Part shown: positions 52,891 through 64,000 of the stretch, one piece after another
How the letters are laid out: every line of letters begins with the position of its first letter
How positions within the stretch are numbered: the first letter of the stretch is position 1
Assembly: GCA_965285935.1 (NCBI GenBank)
Contig: OZ260663.1
Coordinates: forward strand, 82,646,001-82,710,000
Direction of reading: 5' to 3'
Source: Ophelia neglecta
Lineage: Eukaryota
DNA: 64,000 nt
Position numbers and translations under genes: made by a program
The notes under the pieces: model-generated
The model's database searches: none
What the model was told of the DNA's origin: nothing
The model's input: the letters and a program-made list of their open reading frames with translations, nothing else

Positions 52891-55800
52891 AATTTATTTT
52901 GCCAGTCGGACCATGTCAACGGTTAGTTATTTGCAAATTAACTAGTATTTCGACTATTCGATGCCGTGGCACATGTAAATCGGTTTGCTTTATATAGCCA
53001 ATACTTGTAACACGAGTTAACTGTAAGAAATCCTAAATGTGAACCAGTTAGTGCCTTGCATTATTGGAATCGGGGGTGGGGGAAGGGGGGGGGGGGGGTC
53101 CACTGAGGGGCCGGCGAAATTGTGTGCTTTATAACAGTGGTAGCGGGCTACCATCCGACGACCTCTACAGCCTGTCTGTAGAAACATTTTAAAAACGGGA
53201 GTGTACATCCAACACACAATGCCACATAATCAACCGATTACAGTCTTTACGATCGGGCCGAAATTACTGTCAGACCCACAAATATCAATCCCCGTTTCTC
53301 TAACTGCAAATAAACTCAGATTGATAATAACAAAAATACATATCGACATCACTTGCCCTTTAAAATTTTCCGAAGATGCGAGATGTGAGCACAAAACAAA
53401 CTGGTCAGGATTTAATGTACGACCGAGATGAAATATGTTATGGGTCAGAGGTAAGCCCTGCATAGCAGTTATTCACCAGACACGATCTAACACTAATAGC
53501 TAGTATATGATTTTAATGTCCACTGGAAATTGGTATGAGATGGTTTGTCCCTTGGACACTTTGTCCAACTTTCCTACTACACAGTATTATTCCAGGAATG
53601 CCTGTGACATGAACTCCTCATCCTATGATATCTAATCTGCTGACAGACGACAGAAAGTCGTCTGCACTCGGCCAGATAATTACAGATATGGTTCCGGATT
53701 TATCTTATTTGTTTTCTTATTTTCCCACGATTAGTGGTTAATACAACGTTCCATTGAGAGAGTCTGTCAGCGGGGAATTTTTTTGAGATAGACAGCATAC
53801 AAGAAATGTAACAGGCAGCGGTTACATTTCTATTTCAAAACCGCATTGGCTGTGTTCAACACAACAAAAACATTTGAGTGATAGGCCTACAACGCGAGCA
53901 GTGGTCGTGAGCGCAGCCACGGACGTAAACTTATAAAGATTACTGGCTACGGACGCAATTTGATAGTTGTAGACTTCATGGCAGAGGGCTAAGGCTCAAA
54001 TACCACGCTACATTTTTGCTGTTTTCAATGAGCAATGTTAATTCCAGATATATGTATAATTATAAATCTATTTTGTTCCTCGGAACCAGGACACAATGAA
54101 ATGAGAAAGTTTATATTTATTCGGATATCTTTTGCTCGGCCACAGTGTCGACCCTTTGTACCACTTGTACTTAAGAGAATTGTCAATACATGGGATTCTG
54201 TGAGACATTGCGGGGTGGGGGGGGGGGGGCTTGCCATTTCTGGGGGGGGGGGCTTGCCATTTCTAAAACCAAAATATAGAGTAAGGACATTACTCGGGCT
54301 ACTATTCAGAAAAGGGGTGTCGGTTGTGTGGATACTGGCTTGCCTGCTGCTTTAAAGGGCTTTACGTTGATGACTTTCATACAAAAAGTGAACAAGTAAA
54401 ATTATCAGCCATATATTTTTGTTCACATACTAAAATGCAACATGGTCACTAGTGAAGCATCATTACTTCTCTTATGGTATATTCTCCCAACTTTGCCTGT
54501 GGTTTGGTAAAATATGTGCACACACAATTTGATTTTTCATCTGCCCCTGTGGGTGGAAGTAGTAAATGTTTCCAGTCACTTAGTAGATCAAGTGATGTGT
54601 GTATAGTGATAGAGCATTCTTCACGTGGCACAAATGATCTGAGTAGTTTGCAGACGACCAACTTACACTCGACAACAGGCGATGTAGCGATGATTGCCAG
54701 CCTTACTCACCTCGGCTAAGGAGTTAAGTTCTTACCCCAAGGCATTGGTGAGAAAACTTCTGAAGAAATCAGCGCATCGTCGTAGTTGTTTTTAGACATC
54801 ACCAGCTTCTTGGATTTAGGTTTGTTTGAAATGATCGGCTATGATTTGTGAAGAGGCAGACGAGACCGTTCGGGGCTCACTGTTAATCCACACGTCACAT
54901 GTGATGAGCCTTCAGGTGTTTAATCCCCTTCACCTGGCGGCAGTGAGCGGCAAGAGTAATACGGGATGATGGCTTCGAGTGCACTAGCATGATCCTTAGA
55001 ATATACTTTCGAATTTCGAAAAGTGTGCTCGAATATTTATGTTCAATTAAAAAGTTTCAATCAAGTGTTTGCCTGTGTTTTTAATTCAAGGCTGATAGAT
55101 TTTGTATACCTTTTCTCATTTATTCAATCTTTCAGGGAGGCACTGGAACATACACTGTCCAGATTTTTACACTTCAACGCCTTGACATATTGGCGCCCCA
55201 TATATTGCCAGGCGACATTTTAGAATGCCCTTTCAACCGGAGCAGACGACAATTTCCATACATGTTACTTAGCAGACGACACCAGCGTGACCTAACTGAG
55301 CGACCTCAAGAATTAAATCTCGTAACACAATTAATGCCAGAAACAAAGCTCTCGGCAGTCTGTCCGGTTCAATTTAAAATGACACAGCCCATGATTCGCA
55401 GAGCACCGATGTCATATAGCCGAGTCATTAAGAAGCACTTGATAGCTTCTCTTTAAATTCCTCTACGTAGGTTTTCAAGCCTGGGTTACTTTTCCACAAG
55501 CTGGTCGTGGCCGCAGGATGGCGTGCTGACAAGAGCATGTACACTCCTCCTTGGTGGAGTATCAATCCACCATCCATTTTGTTATGTGAAAGGCCAGAAT
55601 CACAATATTATACATTTTAGCCTGTGATATACTGGTTAAGTTGTCCTTGGTGTAAGTCGCATAGGAAAGGACAAGAATTAGTTTGTACGATGATTGGCAT
55701 TCGCCAGCCTATTTCTGATAAAGGCAGACAAGAGCATACAATAACAGTATGGTTCCGTACTAACTTACTCAGCCGGGTAAAAACATAGACACAACACAGA

Positions 55801-58800
55801 GTTTGGAGAAATTAGCTCTGAGCGGTCCAAAGCAAATAAGATGGCTGACAGTTTCTGTACAAAAAAACAATTACGTGTACAGTAATGTTTTTTAAAGGCA
55901 AATAACTCATTACGTATAATAATTGAATGATCATACGCACTAAAAGAGGACAAAGGCTTTGAGCGATTTTTCCCCTCATCCTAGGGCTATAGGACCCATG
56001 TGAATCTGCTACATACTGATAGAAACTCGATTATTTCTGATTAATGTGTTCAGTCGCAATAAAAGTATGACTGGTTCACTACACAATTATCATTGCAATA
56101 TCGAGGACATTTAACCGACTACCTTGTCCTGGAGGTTATCAGGGCAAATCCATATATGGTCTCACATTAGGGGACAGTATTTCACAGCCCCATTCTTCTC
56201 ATGGGGCCTACAATTGGTATTTATGGTAATTAATAGTTTGCAGGCTGATTTATAATTGCACTTGTCATGCAGTTGGTCCACGTGGTGAGGTCGTTGTTGT
56301 GAAGTACATCAGAAAATATGAAAATTGCTGTTTTTTTACCCTAGCGTAGCGGGTCTGAAATTGCATATCGAATTTTGGACTTGCATATTATTTCAGAATT
56401 ATATATTTATATTAGATTACCAAATGGCTTCATATTCCTGGCCAATGATGATAATACACTCTTGTTTGACCTTTCTGGCCCGACAGATTACATTCACAGT
56501 AGTGTGTTGTGGGTAATAACCTGGTGCTGACATCTGTGGGCAGTAGACTAATCTACAAGCGTTCCTACCTGTAAGAAAACTTATCTATTATTAATCTCAT
56601 TACCAGCTTATATACAGTTTGAAACATGCGACTTATGTGTGTGCGGTGATAGCTGACGGTTCCTGCTAATTTTGGACTAATTTATTGAACTTTACTAGCT
56701 TAATAATCTTGCTGAGTCTCCAAGGTATCCACTCTTTTGTGTGTTTTTTGGGCCCCACCCTTTGCCTAGCTCCCTCTCTCTCCTCTTGAGGAGCTGTGTC
56801 TTCTTGATCATGCTGCGGTTCTTCCCCTTGAAGAACACTCCTTCCACCAAAGCAAAATCCCCTATACTATTTCTGTTCTCTGCTCATTTGACTACTCTAC
56901 CCCCTCGCCCTATGAAAAACCCTTATCAATTTTCCCGAAACTGACTCCCCTTACTACATATGTACCCTGAGCTCGCCCCTTGCTTACTTCCGCCATCTAC
57001 CGGACGTAACCTTTTTAAACTCTAAGCAAGCCTCCCCTACCGCAGCTGTTCTCCACGGCGATTAAATCTCAATCCACTCGTATCCTCTTACTATAATATT
57101 TGCATTGCAAATTAGGTTTCAACAGAAGGCTGTCAGCGGGTGGTGTTAAATTAATGTTTATGTGTTTAGTCTTGAAGCGTAAATAATGAAAACAAATGAC
57201 AGTAGAATAAAAAACCGATTATGCGCCTGGGTGACAAGCCCCCAACACTCCCTTATGTTTAAGTATTATGAAATAACCTTATCGAGAATATTTAATGTTG
57301 GCCAATCTCATTCAAACGTGACTATCTGTGAAGGACTTTAAGCAGATGACATAAGTGTTAATATAATTATAGGCTGACTTGAAAGAATATATTTAAGAAA
57401 TGTTTCAACATATTTGTTTCTGGTGTCATTGGGGTGCCTTTATCACAAAAGTTCCATAAGAAAAATATATCATGTACTTATTTGTTGTTTTGTTCAAAGA
57501 TAATACATTGTCTCGGAGCACTGAGGAGGTGGCGGGGATCCTTTTGTACTGATATAACTTTTTTCATTCGGCCAACTTATAAGGTCATGTGGTCCTCTAC
57601 CGGTTAGTGGCTCGAACGCCAGTAATGTTTTGCCCTGTACGCTTGAAGACCTTATCTTCGGTTTATGTGATTCCATAGTCCCGAGTGACCTGGCTATTCT
57701 GGATGCAGCCCTTTGAACGTGATAAATTATCCCCGGTGGTAATTCGCCATATAGGGCTCCTCTCTCTTAATAATCAGTGTCATCATCCCCGCCCTCGTGG
57801 GGGTCAGGAGCATTAGGGTAGTCTCTCTCCTCGGGGGTGGGGGGGGGGGGGTTGTAGACACTACCTAGCAGTCCTTTTTCTTGAAGCATTGTTGTCTCCG
57901 TTATCAATAATTGGTTCACGAAGACATATAACTCGCATTCTTCTTACGTGATTTGCCCTTTGTACGTATCCACTGATTTCTTGTCGACACACGAGACAAT
58001 GAGTTAAAGTGTAAGTTACGCTGGAGCCACCCCCCGCGCAGTTAGCCCTTTATTCCTCAGTTTGACTTAAGAGGTGATTTTCTTCACGTATTGTGTCCAA
58101 GGCATCACAGCAGGGACGCGCAGACGTGTAGGACATTGTCATTATCTACGGGTTGTTAGTCGGGAGAGGGGTCCCTAGCTTCTAGACAGAGACCCTTAAA
58201 CACCGTAACACTCTCCTGGACATACATCATTGTAGAGAGGCCGTCGACCATATGAACCCATTTTCTGCTCCTGAATACTGATTGATGTATCATAGGTGTT
58301 CTTGTGTCAAACACTTCATTACAGAGTCAATAGATCTGCCCACCACCCACTGCGGGCCGAAAGGCTCTTCACTCCTCTACGGGTGAATTATCGCCTTGAT
58401 TTGTAATTTACATTTATTTCAAATTCCAGCATTTCCAATATAAAATAAAGAAACGACAAACCCTATGCTGTGGCGACGTATGAATGGTTTTGAGGATTTC
58501 CGTAATGTGTGCAGTTATTTTGGTGTTAGAAAGTCTGCACTTGTACCAAAGGTAATAGTCCTTTGCAAATTACGGAAAGGTTGGGGGTGTCTCAGAGCCC
58601 CCTTCCCCCCCCCCCTCTATTTAATTTACCATTATAGTGTACTCTGCCGGTCTCTTGAGTCTGCATGCCTTCTATCGGTAATTTATTGAGACAAACCAAC
58701 AAAAGTTCACACATAAAGTCCTATCATACCTAGAGTGATTATCTTAAAATTCATTTTCAGTATAGATCTGTTTGGGTCATGGACATTCTCACTATGTTAG

Positions 58801-59051
58801 CACCAAGTTATCATTATTTATAGAAAACCATTGCATAAACTCCCCTGTCCAATCGCTTAAATATAATTGTCTACACATTGATGGTTTTGGAGGGAGGGGG
58901 AGGGGGTGGCCTGGGGGGAGGGTTGATGGGTGGGTGCTGGTGTTGGGCGGAGGGGGGGGGGTACACATGGAGTCACAAGAATAATACTTTATAATAGTAA
59001 ATAGATGATAATGGTTCTGGTAAGCATGACAACGACATTGTTTGGAGATAA

Positions 59052-59355
59052 ACTAATCAAACTGTGATCCCCGGCGGCTTGAATTTGTTTCGAGTCTGGA
59101 AAATGTCATGTCTCGAGGCGATGTCGTTCTCTGTAGCAATATCAGTCTAATATCGCCCATGTTGATGATACGGTAGCCGCGTTATCGGTCCACGGCTATT
59201 TATAAAGGGACCTGTGTTGAGTTAATGAGTCTTTGAATCAGGTGTGTTGATGGTAATTTAACCCGGGCATTATCAGGTCGACAGTTTTAAACAGACACGG
59301 TGGTTAAATAGCCGTGAAATTAGAGTTGATGTTCAGTTTTTATCGCTGGAATGAA
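59052..59355. promoter_or_regulatory. Element A, ghost copy
   Basis: TGTCTCGAGGCGATGTCGTT, GGACCTG..GAGTTAATGA, GAATCAGGTG, GTGGTTAAA and ATGTTCAG.TTTTATCGC occur in the same order as at 38.9-39.2k. Confidence 0.65.
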
Positions 59356-60636
59356 ACATGGTACATCGGGATGGCGATCTGACAGCCTCAAAGAAGAATT
59401 GGCAACTCGTCGGTGTAATTACTCCTATATATTATATTCAAATCATGTTAATGGTTTTATCATGCCTTCCAAGCGATCGACAATGAGATAACTGCGAATG
59501 TGACACGTTTTATGTCAAGGATAAATTAGGTTTTTATAATCAAACAAGTCAAACATCCGACTATTGTTCATTTGTTCATCAAAGCATATGTACAGTCTAG
59601 GTAGTAGGACCAACATTTTGAATATCTTCAATGAATAGCTAGGTTACTCCGGCCAATTTTTCAATAAAAGTAACTGAACAACTCATTTCGTACAAAAATC
59701 GCAGACGTAAGGCTATTGGACACCTGGCCGACAATACGGGAGTAGGTCTATGTACGGAGATGGCTTATATAAAGATATATAAATACATTTCTCCTATCAG
59801 GATACATATTGCATATTGTAATTGATAATATCTTTCAGTTGCCCTTTCAAATCCCAATACAGTATTAATTTCGGCAATAATCATAACATTGCATGTACAT
59901 TGAAGCAGCTCGCCCTCATCAAGACAGTGTTGCTATTAACACACGTACACTTGATTGCTGTAGCTATTGATTGATAATCATTCGTATCATATCGACACAC
60001 CATTTTAAAAGAAGATCGTGGTAAAAATGTATGTATCTTCTATATATATATTTTATAGTATACGCTGACTAGAAACTCAAGTGAAATGAATAGGTTTCAA
60101 GGCCAAGCGAAAACTTGAATAGATTGTTGTTGGGGCACAAGTATTGACAACTTAAGTAGAAGCCTTTCCTATAATACCGAGGAATTCCATTTAATATTAT
60201 AAATCTATGCCAAGTCAGGAATAATTACAATGACACACTTCTGAATCAGGCGCGAGTGGAAACTGACAATATGTCAGTGGCAATTCGCCATTTTGTAAAC
60301 AGATTTGCCGAGTGTACGTGTCAAATGATATTTATTGAAGGCCTGATCAGCGTTTGAGCCGGCGAACGGTAAGACGGATTGACAGGTTTGTAAGAAGAGT
60401 GGAAGAAGGGAGATTCTCTGAGACGAGAGGAGTAAGGGGCATTGACATTTGTGGAGGCCATGTGGGGTGGGCTATCGGAGATGTATACAAGTCGAATATA
60501 TAGTCGCGCTGCTTGTTGACAATGTGTACATCCTCAGGAGGGTCAAAACGGTGCCAGAACATCGCTATCTGTTTGAACCGCTTCATAATGATCAAAAGGT
60601 TTGATTTCTCGATGTGGTAATCTCTCATAGAAGCAC

Positions 60637-60755
60637 GGGGTAGGTGAGTGGGTACTGAGCAGGGGTGTGGGTGTAGGCTGGGGGTTGGGGTGGGGTAGGT
60701 GAGTGGGTACTGAGCAGGGGTGTGGGTGTAGGCTGGGGGTTGGGGTAGGGTGGGT
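60637..60755. repeat. G-rich 55-bp tandem duplication (G-quadruplex-prone)
   Basis: GGGGTAGGTGAGTGGGTACTGAGCAGGGGTGTGGGTGTAGGCTGGGGGTTGGGGT twice; explains the Pro-rich ORFs on the minus strand. Confidence 0.9.
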
Positions 60756-63336
60756 GCTGAAGATGGCATATCTATTCCACGATATTAATCGACATTTGAT
60801 TCGACAAGTCATCATAACCATGAGTAGTTCTGCGGGTCTATCCTTTCCAATTGATACCATGGACATAGCTCTCGTTCTTGTCATAAATCCTCTGTGTGCT
60901 ATTGACCGAAAGGAATTATCAAACACAATTCTACATTCCTGACACTTGCTCAACGCCAGTTGAGTATGTGCCAGGCGTTTTTGATATGTGGTTGGTCAGA
61001 CAAATCGGCCTGCATATCTGAAGCAGCCGAATTTCGGCAGACGTATTCTAGGCCTGAAAGACGATGCCGCCATTGCTATCGTTATTCCATATCGGTGTGA
61101 GACGACGCCCCTTGTTTTGACTTTTGTCAGCGAGGGACCACAGCCAATTTAGCGCCTGTCACAGCGACATCGTTCTCAGCACCCAGCCACAGACGAAAGT
61201 CCCTCGTGGGACAGACTGACTTCAGAAAACTAACACAGTATGTCAAATATCGGAGATTTGGGAGGCTGGCGTTAATGCAACTGTCAACGCATGAATATGG
61301 TCTCCTTGTCCTACGGAGTGATTTGATGAAAGTTTTGCAGGCCCGCAGTTGCTCAAATGGCCGTCTTGGGAAAACATCGTCCGACATCTTATTAAGATGG
61401 CGAAAAGGCAATATTCTGATACCCTGCTCACCATCCTGCTCTGTCCTTCGCTCCGCCAAGTTATTTCTTCAGCAAGATAAATGCCCGTGGGAGGATACAT
61501 TCTGGAGCACGTCCGAAAAAGCTAGAATGAAATTTTGAAGACAGGCCTAAAATGGATTCGTCTTTCTCGCATTGCTTGCATTGATGAAAGTATCATTGCG
61601 AGCAATGTCCGAGGTGGTACTACACTAGATAATTAACCCCTGAACAGGACTTACAAACTGCAGAAAGTAGAAAGACAGTCGTTTTATATACACACGAACT
61701 AATATCGATTCAAGCGCGTGCAATAATAGGAAGTGATGAATGGGAAATGGCAAAGTCAAGTCAGTTGACCTCTAGAGTGGTGTGATGAACTGGTGCCCAA
61801 GATATTTGGTCACCTTAGATACCTCATCTATTTCTCACTCCCCATGGGGAAATATTGTATTAGGCTATCATATTATCATGCGTGCTATTTTATATCTCTA
61901 AAAGTGCGCGAAGTTGGGCAAGGGCGTAACACCCTTTTTATTTTGCATTAAGAATATGTTCTTCGGTCACAATTAATCAATATAGGGGCTGGTTTGATAG
62001 AAAAATATCCCTATTTTCCCACGCTACACTACTTTCTCACCTAACTAACACTGCCTAAGCATGGCTGAGGCCGCAAGCGAACCTTGCGAAAAAGTGCGCG
62101 AAGTTAGGCGGTCTTCCCCTATCACATAATGATATTAAGATTCCTAAGCATACTGTATGGTATATGGCACCCACCTTTGCCCTTTTTATGCCTATTTTAA
62201 GGTTGTTTTAAGACTGTCCAGTGCTTGTTTATTAATCGAGTGACCGTAAAGGCGTTACGTATGGGGCGGGTGGTAGGTGGGGTCCTATTTCATGCAGGCA
62301 TCTGTCCACATAGAGGAGTGCAGACAACCTCTCCTTATGGTCACAGCACGCCCGGCCAGGGTTCTTGTTCTAAGCCGCCTATCAGGTCCATTTAAACACC
62401 TTCACGCGTCCTGAAAGAGTGTGCATTTAGCCTAAAAGTAGCAGATGGCCCTTCCTCTAACGAGCTTCACTGGGCAGGCTGCAGACGACCACTGATGTTG
62501 TGATAGTACATGGGAATAGCATAACTAGTACCGTGATGGCATGGCTCGATGGCGTGTAGCAAATAGCGTCTGTTCGAGCGTAACTGATTAATTACCAGTG
62601 CTGATCTGAGACAGGGAGCCTAAATGAAGTGAAGCGAAAACATCGGAAAATAGCCTTCTTATAGGGCACGATCGGGGTGGAGTTACACAACGGCACTATT
62701 TAATGAGCAATTAGACAACATTCCCGTCAGCCCGGTGCTCATCACAGATATCCTGGTTTTCTGCCACAATAATATCAGGACCAAGTTTGCCTTTAGTCCT
62801 CTGTAATATAAATAAGTCTGTTCTTATATTTGTTGAATTATTGACTGAACGTTTTCTCTACTAACACTACTCACTACGATTCGAATACAAACTGAAGAAA
62901 ACAACAAGACAAAAAAGTTCTTCATTAGCACCCGACACGAGAAGACAAGAACCGTGTCCACGTGGTCAGCGTGAGGATAATCCTGCATAAGAAGTATCAC
63001 ACAAGTCTGTGTGTCAAATTCTGTTTAACGGAGCCTTTAATCCACCAGGCATACTTGGCGAAGATTTATACGTTGAAAATGTTATGTGGAATGAAATCCG
63101 CTTTATTTTTTTAAACCATTCAGCAAGACTAGTCTTTCCCTCGATAAAAGCTTTAGGTTAGTGATAACTCCTGGAAAAATAAGATTTATAGAACCGGTAA
63201 GAAATAAAACAACGCTTAAAAAGTCGTTTTTCAATTGAAAATAGTTTCACCTTTATCGCGCTGGGGATGTTATGGGGAGATAGAAGTCTGATTTGTCGGA
63301 AGTCGTCTGCATATTGTACAAATGTCGGCTGAGGAA

Positions 63337-63810
63337 GTGATAACTTGGTGCCGGAGAGCAGCTCCAAGAGACTACGATTTACTGCTGTTGTTCCTCCGCT
63401 ATCTGGGTGTCAGAAGACTTATCTACCAGTGACAAAATGTGAATTACGAGGCCCTTGTTACTTATCTTAACCCGAGCCCGAGAAGATAGCATTCTGACTC
63501 CAGAAATAAACAGCCACATAAAGCAGAGTGACAAATTTCATCCATCGTCTGCTCCTGGTCCCATCGTGTCGGCTTGATCAGGCCAAGTGGTAATAACACA
63601 CCGAAGAGCGGCCATAAAGCAGACAGAATGCTCTGGGAGTCTGGCACCAAGACTGCGGATGTTGTAAAGGGATCTTCCATGGTAAATAACGCCCGTGCAT
63701 CGGGGGAAAATGGGAGAGCGACTTCTAGCAGCCTTGCCCCAGCCGATATCAGATGAAATGACCAGAGATCAATCACAGATAACCGTGACCAAGCGGCAAT
63801 CAATCAAGGA
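63337..63810. promoter_or_regulatory. Element B, third direct copy
   Basis: Aligns with 42.7k, 47.9k and, inverted, 12.5-12.9k. Confidence 0.65.
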
Positions 63811-64000
63811 GACCCAGCTGCAGCCTTATACAATGTTTAACAATGGGAGGTGACCAGAGTTTGAAGTCGTAGAGTCTATGGGGATTATACGGTAACACTA
63901 GTGAATAATGGGATACATGAGAAGGGATCTGTTGTTGGTCTGTCTCTATATCAGTCATTGAGGTAGCTATATCTGTTGACTTACTATTGTACCTTGTCAA

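Larger units (their letters stand above)
49800..63810 (-). pseudogene. Exon-less 'ghost' direct duplicate of the Tbx20 locus
   Basis: Collinear same-orientation homology to Tbx20 intron 2 (54.7-54.9k), intron 1 (55.1-55.2k) and upstream blocks (56.1-56.5k, 59.1-59.4k, 61.0-61.2k, 63.3-63.8k); no T-box ORF. Confidence 0.75.

Noticed and set aside
53370-53420. Possible exon 8 remnant (GAGCA..ACAAACTGG.C.GGAT)
   Set aside because: Too short, and no reading-frame similarity could be extended
55505-55710. Possible remnant of the Tbx20 promoter in the ghost
   Set aside because: The position fits, but similarity to 34630-34800 is limited to a few short words
60347-60953. 140-aa and 136-aa Pro-rich ORFs
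   Set aside because: Explained by the G-rich 55-bp tandem duplication; no recognisable domain
1-64000. Assembly artefact or haplotig as the cause of the duplications
   Set aside because: The copies are heavily and patchily diverged, with indels and different insertions, unlike allelic or mis-joined sequence

Overview
AT-rich eukaryotic (animal, probably invertebrate) genomic DNA. It contains one protein-coding gene: a complete 8-exon Tbx20/H15-type T-box gene on the minus strand (CDS 34319 to 26131, 1464 nt, 487 aa; all introns GT-AG and in phase). The rest is non-coding, with a few MITEs, hairpins and micro/minisatellites. The main unexplained structure is that the non-coding DNA is built from diverged, collinear copies of the Tbx20 locus itself. 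A direct copy at about 49-64 kb and an inverted copy at about 0.1-13 kb (possibly to 17.7 kb) retain blocks homologous to Tbx20 intron 1, intron 2 and upstream sequence, in the same order, but show no recognisable exons. A further partial copy lies at about 44-48.3 kb. One element is 76/77 identical between copies and another is present four times. My interpretation is a decayed Tbx20 cluster in which 'ghost' paralogues lost their coding exons while their cis-regulatory elements were kept. All alignments were made by eye; block boundaries are approximate and need a self dot-plot.
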